A stretch of DNA of 64,000 nucleotides from Felis catus (taxonomy: Eukaryota). Made by a program: the position numbers and the translations under genes. Shown here in pieces: positions 54,213 through 64,000 of this stretch. How positions within the stretch are numbered: position 1 is the stretch's first letter; each line of letters starts with the position of its first letter. The stretch lies in assembly GCF_018350175.1 (NCBI RefSeq), contig NC_058368.1:868001-932000 (forward strand), given 5' to 3'. Under the pieces are notes generated by a model, which saw nothing but the letters and a program-made list of their open reading frames with translations, was not told where the DNA came from and ran no database searches.

Positions 54213-55871
54213 CCAGAAGTCTGGTTTACTAAAGTTAAAAGTAGGGGGAAGAAAAAGATAAAAGCAGAAACTGAGTTCAGATCAAACTAATACCAGTTTT
54301 AACAACATTAAACTAGCTGTAAAATGCACCACAGGGGCACCTGGCTGGCTCAGTCTGAGTAGTGAGCGGCTCTGGAGTTCGTGAGTTCAAGCCCCACTCT
54401 GAGTATAGAGATTACTTACATATATACATATAATACAATCTTTTTTTAAAAGATTATATTAATACATATAATCTTTTTTTTTAAAAAAATGCACTACAAC
54501 TTTTCAGTTAATTTATCCAATCTAAATTGTCAGTAACAAGCCAAAACCTAAAAAGAAGCTTTTAGGTCTAAAATTCCACAAAATGTATCCAAAATAAACA
54601 GTCTATTTCAACCCTAAAGTACCACAAGCTCACATCATAATACCGCTTTATGATCTTATGAGGAAATGCCACTTAAATTCTTTTTCCCAACCATTACTAT
54701 TAGCAATGCTGACCCTGTAACAGCTCAAAAATGTTGTCTCACCTTACCAATTAACTGGAAAATGACAACTACCAGTGTAAGACAATTTATTTGCATTTAG
54801 TATTTCCAGGGGCATCTGGGTGGCTCAGTCAGTTAAGCCTCCAATTTCAGCTCAGGTCATGATCTCTAGGTTCTTGAGCTCCAGACCCACATGGGGCTCT
54901 GTGCTGATGGCTCAGAGCCTGGAGCCTGCTTCGGATTCTGTGTCCTCCCTCTCTCTCTGCCCCTCCCCGTCTCAGGCTCTGTCTCTCTCTCTCTCAAAAA
55001 ATAAACATTAAAAAAATTGTTTTGGGGTACCTGGGTGACTCAGTTGGTTAAGTGTTTGACTCCAGCTCAGGTCATGATCTTACAGTTTGTGGATTCAAGC
55101 CCCGCATCGGGCTCTGTGCTGACAGCTCAGAGCCTGGAGCCTGCTTTGGATTCTGTGTCTCCCTCTCCCTTTGCCCCTCCCCCATTCTCTCGCTCTCAAA
55201 AATAAACATTAAAAATTTTTAATTGTTTTTTAAATGAAAATATAATCTAAAAATATATATCAGATAAAATTACGCCACTATTTAGAGCCACTACACCACC
55301 ACTACACACTACAGCCACTATATCATTACTTACGTTCCAATCAGGTATACACTATGTTGTTTTCCTAAGCAGAAAGATACATAACTCAGAAATATTTAAA
55401 GCTTTTAAATTTACCTGTTTATCATAGAGCTCAGATTAAACAGTAAAGTTATCCATAAAGTCAAATCTTTTAAGCTAAATTCTAATTTCCTACTGGCAAA
55501 TTTTTAACATTCCTACACCAAAAAGTAACATGACAGGTTTAGAGGAGCATGTCCCAAAGGAGCAGACAACAGCAGCCCCTCTCACCTCCCCATTTCATAA
55601 TCCCATTAAGACTTTTTTTTAAAAAAGAAACTAGGGGCGCCTGGGTGGCTCAGTCGGTTGAGTGTCCAACTTTGGCTCAGGTCACGATCTCACCGTCCGT
55701 GAGTTCGAGCCCCGCGTCAGGCTCTGGGCTGATGGCTCAGAGCCTGGAGCCTGCTTCCGGTTCTGTGTCTCCCTCTCTCTCTGCCCCTCCCCCATTCATG
55801 CTCTGTCTCTCTCTGTCTCAAAAATAAATCAACATTAAAAAAAAAATTAAAAAAACTAATAGCAATGAGTT

Positions 55872-56066
55872 GTGCTGTCCAACACAGTAACCACTAACCA
55901 CAGGTGGCTATTTAAATTTAAAAGTAAGTAAAATTTAAAGTTCAAATCCTCAGGCACAAGTGCTACATTTCAAGTGCTCAACAGTCACATATGGCTAGTA
56001 GCTACTACACCGGACAGCACATATACATAGCATTTTCCATCACTACAGAAAGTTCTATTGGCAGGG
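55872..56066. mobile_element. MER3/MER33-like hAT MITE
   Basis: GTGCTGTCCAA...CAAGTGCTCAACAGTCACATATGGCTAGTAGCTAC...GAAAGTTCTATTGG. Confidence 0.7.
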
Positions 56067-57792
56067 CTAATAATACACTAAAGGAGAAAGGATTCTTAGT
56101 AGCTTTAAAGACAGAAAGGAATAAGATTTTTCCATGTTAAGATATTTACTATTGGCTTATTTTTAAGTGCAAGGCTCCCAAAACAAAGGGAAATGGAGTC
56201 CTACCATTCTTCCTCCCGAATGTAAACTTTAGAACAGACCAACATGGTGCCAGAAGCTAAAGACGTTGAATATGTTAAATAACATCCTTTTGGAAAGTTT
56301 ACTAAAAGTTGCCTAACCTCACTTCCTTTAAAATAACTTTTGGATTTATATTAAAAATAACTTTACCAAATGACAAGCTGTTTCCCTACTGTCCTAAAGG
56401 TAATGATTTATAATTTTATGTTTAAAACGCACTGATTATTTAACTTGAATTTCAAGGACATTTTCAGGTCTCATTAATATTCTATGAAGATTTACCCTTC
56501 TCTTGAAGCCATTTAAGATTTTAGATGTTCAAATGTTCTCCCTAAAAAAAATACAATGTCACAAAATTACAATCAATTCTGTCTACATACTAAAATTTTG
56601 CCTGGGTCAATCATGAAGAGAAAGCAATTTTGAAAGTTAAAGTTCCAAAAAGAAGCTTCCACAAACTGCAAAGCACATAAAATTTGAGGGTCAAACTAGA
56701 AAGGCAACACACGCAGAAAAAGTACTTGTGTAAAAATGTCTCCAACAAAGTTATTTTCTTGGGGAAAAAACCTAGCATCTAAATATGAATTACAATGAAG
56801 CTGTGTAAGTGACACTGATTCACCACAAAGCACTCAGGAAAACTGAAGAGAGTTGATATTTGCCCTGTTAAGAAGAGTATACCCTCGCTGTTTGATGAAT
56901 TTTTTTGTTCGATGGAAGGGAGGCACAATTTTTGCATGATATTGGAAAACTTTTTAAGATCTGGACTAAAAAAAAGGTAAAATGTGTACTCTTCCAGCAA
57001 CAAAACATGCCCATAAAATATAAAATATATTTATATATGATTTTATATATATAATTCACCCCCCCCCCAAAAAAAACAACGTAGAAACTTCCAGAATGTT
57101 TGGGAGAGGACGCATATCACATTAGCTATCCAATAATCCAACGCCGTCCAGATACTGCAGCGTTTCAGAACTAGGCGGTTTAAGATGTGCTGCGCTGAGG
57201 CGGGGAGAGAAACGACACGGTTTACCTTTAAACGCTTCCAAGTCTGGCTGAAACCAGGGAGATCGTTCGGAAAACGTTTTTAAGAAGCGAGTCCGCTGGC
57301 TGCTCTTCCATGCCCCACGAAATTTCTGGTGAGACCGGAGCTTCCCTTCCAAATTCGTATCTAAGGCCCTCACGACACAGTTTCGCCGGGAGAAGTCTCA
57401 CCCCAAAACACGGCGGCCCCCTCCCCTGCCGCCGGTGGGAAGCAGGCGACGGGAACCCCTAGGCGGGGGAGCCGCAGCCCCCGGAGCGCGGGCCAGCGGA
57501 GGCCGCCGCGCGCGCAGCCGGAAACGTTGGCGACGGCCACCGCGGAGGGCCGGGGAGCCCGGGCCCGCTCGTCGGAAATACGGGGCTACAACGCCGCCCG
57601 GGGGACAGGCCGGTCCGGCGCGGCGGGGGAAGACCGGGACGACAGGCGCCGCGATGCTCACAGGCCACAGAAAGGGCCGCGGCTGTGCCCAGGGCTTTCG
57701 CCGAGGCGTCCGGCGTGGAGGCTGCCTGCGGCGCCCCGCTCCCTTCACGCCCCCTTCCCCTGACGACGCTGCGGCCGGGGCCCGACACTCAC

Positions 57793-58158
57793 CAAACGGA
57801 TGAAGCCGAAGCCACGGTCCCGATTGATGAAGACCTCGCTGGGCTCGCCGTAGCGCTCGAAGAGGCGCTTGAAGTCCTCCTCCGTGATGTCCGTGGGCAA
57901 GTTCCCCACGAAGAGGCGGCAGCGCTGCGTGTACGTCTTCTCGCCCGGCTTGAGGAAGCTCTTGATGTCGATGGTGAAGCCCATCTCCTCGTCGGGGTGG
58001 TCCTCCGGGGGCACCGGGGCAGGTGGCGCCGGCTCCCCAGCCAGCGCGAGCGCCATGGCGGCCGTCGGCTCGCTCTCGCCTGCCGCAGACTCCAGAGCGC
58101 GAAGGCGGGCCGGGTTTTTCTCAATGCGTACTTGCTTCAGGTTTCCTCTTAACATCAT
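57793..58158 (-). CDS. PSPC1: PSPC1 coding exon 1 (start codon, Ala/Pro-rich N-terminus, first part of RRM1)
   Basis: Translates [23 protein letters not shown]...[42 protein letters not shown] (RNP2 LFVGNL, RNP1 RGFGFIRL). 366 nt, phase 0, donor TTG|GTGAGT. Confidence 0.98.
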
Positions 58159-58219
58159 CTTACTGAGTTCACTTATACCGGATAGAATTCTAGATCTATA
58201 GCTGTATCACTATATATAC

Positions 58220-58301
58220 CTACAGAAACGGAATATGGAAGGACAAAGTCAGAGAAGACACCTAGGTCGCCACGCCGGCTGCCCTACCCCGAAGGACTCA
58301 C
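58220..58301 (-). other. PSPC1: Candidate 82-nt intron in the PSPC1 5' UTR
   Basis: Donor GGC|GTGAGT (GT at 58301-58300) and acceptor CGTTTCTGTAG|G (AG at 58221-58220), 61 nt upstream of the ATG. Confidence 0.7.
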
Positions 58302-58321
58302 GCCCGAGGCGGCTGCACGTT

Positions 58322-58455
58322 CAAAATGGCGCTGCCACAAGCCGCAGCTACAAGAAGAGACGCCGGCCGTAAGTCCCGCCCCACCGCAAAGGCCGGCGCC
58401 GAGCTGACGCGCCTGCGCAGTATCGGCGCTAACCGGCACGGTAGCTAGCATGCGC
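58322..58455. promoter_or_regulatory. Core promoter motifs: YY1, GC box, NRF1
   Basis: CAAAATGGCG (YY1) 58322-58331, CCCGCCCC (Sp/KLF) 58375-58382, GCGCCTGCGCA (NRF1) 58409-58419, GCATGCGC 58448-58455. Motif matches only. Confidence 0.7.
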
Positions 58456-59084
58456 CGGAGCGCGACGTTACTAGAGCTGCGGGTTCACGCAACCTCCTAG
58501 GCTGGCAGAAATGCGGTTTCCTGACCTAAGTTAGTTAGCCGAGTGTTGGACTGTGTCGGGTGAAAATTTGTGCGATGTGTGCAGCAGTGTGTGAAAACAC
58601 AGTGATTGGGGAACATCCATATTTTAAATATCCTGCTCAATTTTCAGTGACTATGAAAAAATGAAAATTTGCAGATTTTATGCATAGCCTTGAAGAAGAT
58701 GATTCTCACTAATTGAAACACGTAAAAACACATTTATTTCAGCCCGTTTCGACAGCAAGCTTTTTATTATATTTACTGAGACTATAAAATAATTGTGCTA
58801 TTGATTATTCACCTCAGAGAAGGACTCCATGAAATTGCTTATGAAATTCTGAACTCTTACGGACCACATTCCGTGAGAAGGGTCAACATTTTCTGTAAGG
58901 GGCCAGACTGCAAATATTTTAAGATTTGTGAGCCATACAGCGTGTGCCAAACTACTCGATTCTGCCCAGTACCTCTCCTGGCACATGGGCAGGTACTCTT
59001 CAGTGAGTGTTAAAAAGAAATGAATTCACACTCCGAAAAACATTTCAGTAGTTTCTCATGAAACTAAACATATGCTTCCTTTAG

Positions 59085-59435
59085 GGTTGCCTGATTGGCC
59101 CAGTCCCTGAAGCGGTGATTTCAGCCCAGGTCATGATCTCCATGATAGCAGGGTGGTGAGTTCTAGCAGGCATGGAGCCGGCTTAAGATTCTCTCTCTCT
59201 CTTGGGGCGCCTGGGTGGCTCAGTCGGTTAAGCGTCCGACTTCGGCTCAGGTCACGATCTCGTGGTCCGCGAGTTCGAGCCCTGCATCGGGCTCTGGGCT
59301 GATGGCTCAGAGCCTGGAGCCTGCTTCCGATTCTGTGTTTCCCTCTCTCTCTGCCCCTCCCCCGTTCATGCTGTGTCTCTCTCTGTCTCAAAAATACATA
59401 AATAAACGTTAAAAAAAAAATTAAAAAAAAAAAAG

Positions 59436-59473
<38 letters not shown>

Positions 59474-59845
59474 CCTCCTCTCTCTCTCTCCCCCCCTCTT
59501 TCTCTCTCTCTCTCCCCCCCATCCCTTCCCTTCACTCTTTCTCTCAAATAAATAAAATCTTAAAAACAACACCAAACAAACAAAAAAGAAAAAACAAGAA
59601 AAAGACACCTGGGTGGCCCAGTTGGTTAAGCCTCCAACTTGGGTTCAGGTCATGATCTCAAGGTTCATGGGTTGGAGCCCCACATCCATCTCTGCGTTGA
59701 CAGCTCAGAGCCTGGAGCCTGCTTTGGATTCTGTCTCTCCCTATCGCTCTCTGACCCTCCCCCGCTTGTGTGCGTGCTCGCTCGCTCTCGCTCTCTCTCT
59801 CTCTCTCTCTCTAAAATAAACATTAAAAAAAAAAAAAAGAAAAAA
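59085..59845 (+). mobile_element. SINEC cluster: SINE nested in an older SINE, followed by a third
   Basis: Young copy 59204-59433 flanked by AAGATTCTCTCTCTCTCT repeats inside the CT linker of an older copy. Confidence 0.85.
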
Positions 59846-61354
59846 AGCCATATGCTTACTTTAGAAAAGCAATCCTACTCCTAACCATCCAAATGAAGTG
59901 AAAATTTGCATTCACACAAAAAAACTATATGCAAGTGTTTATAGGGGCTTTATTTGTAATTAGTAAAAACTGGAAACAATCCAAATGTCCAACTAGTGAT
60001 AGGTAAACAATGGTACACTCACATAATAGAATATACTCACCAATACAAGGAATGAACTATAGAATATATATCAGTGGTTGCCAAGAGTGTGGAGGGGTGA
60101 GGGATTAACTGCACAGAGACACAGGGAAATTTTTGGAATGTTGAAACTATTGAGGTGGTGGCTACACAACTGTATTTACCAAAACCTGGTAAACTGTGCA
60201 CTGAAAGGCTCAGCATTACTGTATCTAAATTATACTTTAAACAAAAAATTTCCAACTATCCAAAGAAATAAAAATAAAATACCATCAAGACTAATCCCTA
60301 CTTACCTTAGTTGCCACCAAAATTCTAATCATCCACACTCTAATCCCCGTATAGCTCTGTAAATTCCTGAGTCTAACCCAATTCCCCGCAGCCCTCTCAG
60401 TTGCTCCAAAGCCTTCTGTTGAGTGCTTGGAATCTCACTCCGAAGTCATCAGCAAAATCCTCAATCTTTCATTTTTTTCTCTGAATATTTTCATCTTCCT
60501 GCTTTAACTGGAACATGGTTTTCCTCTGAGGACTGTTTCCCTAACAGCCAAGAAGGCTCCCTAGAAGGGGATGGGTTTTTTTCCTCTATTTATGGGTCAC
60601 CAGACTTGAGGAAGGGATACATTTTCCATGACCCCTTGCAAGTTGGAGAACATTTTCCCTCTCCTTTAACAAAAAACCTAGCTCCAAAAAGCTCGTGACC
60701 ACATAAGCATGAGTTTATGCTCCCTCTCCCACTCTCCCTCTTCTTCACTCTCCCTTCTCCCTGTAATAGCTTTCTCACCACTCTTTAAATTTACAACCAC
60801 AAATGTCAGGTAAGACCTCAGCCCCTAGTTATTTCTCTCACCTAACAATTTCAGACTATTTTCTCTCTCCTCAAACCAATACTCCTCCCTACCTCTACCC
60901 TCCCTACCCATCCCTCCTATTACAAGAATGAATTGCCAATGATCCCCTCTTAAGGCCAACCCACTGGATAGCATCTTCTTTCCAAGCACTTTGCTTCTGC
61001 AGTTATCTAGTCAGTCACTTGATCTGTATTGAACTATTTCCATTTGCAAAACAAAACAAACTGTTGAAATAACTATCACCTTAAAAATAAAAAAGGAAAG
61101 GGGCGTCTGAGTGGCTCAGCCAGTTAAGCGTCTGACTCTTGATTTAGGCTCCAGTCATGAGCTCACAGTTCCTGGGATTGAGCCCTGTGTAAGTCTCCGT
61201 GCTGGATTCTCTTTCTGCCCCTCTCCTGGCTCATACTCTCTCTCTCTCTCTCTCTCTCAAAATAAATAAACTTTAAAAAAAATGTTCAAAAAATAAGTAA
61301 TAAAAAAATCCTTCTTAGACCCATGTTGTTCTCTAGCTGTTTCTTTACTAGAGA

Positions 61355-61430
61355 GGAAGGAAGGAAGGAAGGAAGGAAGGAAGGAAGGAAGGAAGGAAAG
61401 AAGGAAGGGAGGAAGGAATGAAGGAAGGAA
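61355..61430 (+). repeat. (GGAA)n microsatellite
   Basis: About 10-11 perfect units followed by degenerate units. Confidence 0.95.
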
Positions 61431-62139
61431 ACCCAAGAACTGTTTGTATTTTCTGTCATTTGCTCATCATTTTATTTTTCCTTAAACCACATTAATTGGA
61501 TGTCTATCCCCACATTCCATTCCTCTGAAACCTCTCTTGACACAATGGGCAACTTTATCAGATGCAATAGTTAAATCTCAGACTTTTCAGCAGCATTTGA
61601 CATTGTAGATCCGTGCCCGAGTTCCACCATGGGAAATACCTACCTGACAGTTATTGTGCATAGTAAATGAATTATGGTCTAATCTTTGGAAAATATTCTG
61701 ACCCCATAAATGTTACTATTATTGGCCACTTTTCTTCTACCTTCTTGAAACACAATTCTGTCTTCTGTACAATCATATTCTTCTGGTATTCTTTCTCTCT
61801 TATACTTCACTGGCCACTCCTGTCATTATGTCTTTCTTAGGAATCTTCATTTCAATTGTTGAAGAACACAGGTCTAAGTCCTTCTCTCTTCTTTAGCTAC
61901 CCTCATTCCCTAGTCAGACCATCCACATCAAGGTACCTCAGAAGCATTAAAACAGGTTTTTTAAACCTGAACACTATTTACATTTTGGACCAAATAATTA
62001 TTTGATGTGCAGCAGCATCATTGGCTTCTACCAACTAGATGCCTGGCAAAATCTGCCAGGCATTATTCTAATTGCTTTGCATTTATTAACTGACTAATTT
62101 TCATAACGATCTTTGAAGGTAGATATTATTGTCATTTTT

Positions 62140-64000
62140 TTAGACTTTATTTTTTAGAGAAGTTTTAGATTCACAGCAAAATTAAGAGGAAGGTACAGAG
62201 ATTCCCCATATATTCCTAGCTCCTACATATGCACAGTCTTCTCCATTATCAGCCTAACGGACAATAATAGCACCTCTGTTACAGTTGGTGAACCTCCATT
62301 GACACATCGTGATCACACAGAGTCCAATGGGGTTCACATGGTGGTGTACGTTCTGCGGGTCTGGAAAAATTTATGATGACATGTATCCACCATTATAGTA
62401 TTGTACAGAGTACTTTCAATGCCCTAACACTCCTCTGTGGGGGCACCTGGGTAGCTCAGTCGGTCAAACATCTGACCCTTGATTTCAGCTCAGGTCGTGA
62501 TCTCACAGTCATGAGATCCAACCCTGACATTGGGCTCAGTGCTGGGTGTGGAGCCTGCCTGAGATTCTCTCCCTCCTGCTCCCTCTGCCCCTTCCCTGCT
62601 CTCTTAAAAAAAAAAAAAAAAGTAAAAAGTAAAACTCTGTGCTCCACCTACATCCCTCTCCCCATCCAACCTCTGGCAACCACTGATCTTTTTATTGTCT
62701 CTATAGTTTTGTCTTTTCTAGAAGTCATATAGTTGGAATCATACAGTGTGTACCTTTGTAGACTGCCTTCTTTCGCTTAGTAATATGCATTTAGGGTTCC
62801 TCTATGTATTTTCATGGCTAAATAGCTCATTTCTTTGTAGTATGGAATAATATTCCATTATCTGATATTCCATTATCCATTCCAATATACCACAGTTGAT
62901 TTTTTTTTTCAACGTTTATTTATTTTTGGGACAGAGAGAGACAGAGCATGAACGGGGGAGGGGCAGAGAGAGAGGGAGACACAGAATCGGAAACAGGCTC
63001 CAGGCTCTGAGCCATCCGCCCAGAGCCTGACGCAGGGCTCGAACTCACAGACTGCGAGATCGTGACCTGGCTGAAGTCGGACGCTTAACCAACTGCGCCA
63101 CCCAGGCGCCCCTACCACAGTTGATTTATCCATTCACTTACTAAAGGACATCTTGGTTGTTACCAAGTTTGGCGATTATGAATGAAGCTGCCATAGATAT
63201 GTGTGCAGGTTTTTGTATGGATATAAGTTTTCAACATTTTCGGGTAAATACCTAGCAGTGAGATAGCTGGATCATGTTAACAGTATGTTTAGTGTTTGAG
63301 AAACTGCCAAACTGTCTTCCGAAGTGGCTATACTTTGCATTCCCACCAGCAGTGAATGAGTGATCCTGTTTCTCCACATCTTTACTAGCATTGGTGATGT
63401 CAGTGTTCTAGATTCTGACAATTCTGCTCAGGGTGTAGTGGTATCTCCCTCTTGTTTTAGTTTGCATTTCCCGGATAATATCCATATGGAGCATCTTTTC
63501 TTTTTTCTTTTTTTAAGTTTATTTATTTATTTTTGAGAGAGAAAAAGAGTGTGAGTGAGAGAGGGGGAGAGAATCCCAAGCAGGCTCTTCACTGTAAGCG
63601 CAGAGCCTGAAATGGGGCTCAAACCCACAAACTGTGAGACCATGACCTGAGCCAAAATCAAGAGTCAGATGCCTGACTGGGCCACCCAAGTGCCCATGCA
63701 GCATCTTTTTGTCTGCTCACTGGCCATCAATATATCTTTTCTGAGGTGTCTGTTAAAGCCATGGGCTCATTTCTCAATCAGGTTGTTTCCTTATTGTTGA
63801 GTTTTAAAAGTTATCTGTATACTTTGGATAATAGTCCTTTATCAGATGTCTTTGGCAAATATTTTCTGGCAACCTATGGCTTGTCTTTTTATTCTCATGA
63901 CAGTGTCTTTTGCAGAGTAGAAATTAAAAAAAAAATTTTTTTAGGTTTATTTATTTATTTTAGAGAGACAGAGAGAGTGAGCAGGAGAGGGGCATAGAGA
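62140..64000 (-). mobile_element. L1MA/MB-like 3' region with nested SINEs
   Basis: Antisense L1 motifs GAAACTGCCAAACTGTCTTCCGAAGTGGCT and CATTCCCACCAGCAGTGAATGAG. Confidence 0.85.
62900..63112 (-). mobile_element. Young felid SINEC
   Basis: Same subfamily on the reverse strand; TSD TACCACAGTTGATTT. Confidence 0.95.

Larger units (their letters stand above)
57130..58560. promoter_or_regulatory. PSPC1: CpG island / TATA-less promoter of PSPC1
   Basis: Abrupt GC- and CpG-rich block in an AT-rich, CpG-depleted window, spanning the first coding exon and upstream region. Confidence 0.93.

Noticed and set aside
57398..58201. Several 78-155 aa ORFs overlapping the CpG island
   Set aside because: Stop-poor GC-rich sequence and shadow frames of PSPC1 exon 1; no recognisable domains.
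58181..58202. Overlapping palindromes GAATTC/TCTAGA/AGATCT resembling a polylinker
   Set aside because: Lies in the natural 5' UTR with no vector sequence nearby; plausible by chance.
1290..63700. Dozens of similar short ORFs (AQSVKRLTSAQVMIS..., GAPGWRSRLSVRL...) and regularly recurring repeats
   Set aside because: Translations of SINEC copies; dispersed repeats, not a gene family or CRISPR-like array.

Overview
Mammalian, felid-type genomic DNA, judged from the dense tRNA-derived carnivore SINEs of the SINEC_Fc type. The window holds the CpG-island promoter and the first six coding exons (384 codons) of PSPC1 (paraspeckle component 1, DBHS family) on the minus strand. The gene continues off the left edge. 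All six exons have canonical GT-AG boundaries and join in one open frame. The introns contain roughly 65 SINEs, a full-length decayed Tigger1, a processed GPS2 pseudogene, two tailless snRNA retrocopies (U6 1-32, U2 1-35) with target-site duplications, L1/L2/MER/LTR relics and an unidentified polyadenylated retrocopy candidate. The most unusual signal is a non-SINE, circularly permuted inverted duplication in the first coding intron (54063-54164 vs 54668-54781). In the PSPC1 pre-mRNA it would form a G-U-rich long duplex with pseudoknot topology covering the branch point, 3' splice site and two 5' splice sites of a candidate 7/12-nt microexon. Also notable is a strong alternative acceptor 150 nt after coding exon 6 that would end the protein with VIT*. 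No prokaryote-type system (CRISPR, operon) is present. Repeat family names and orthologue comparisons are from memory, not from a search; repeat boundaries are approximate.
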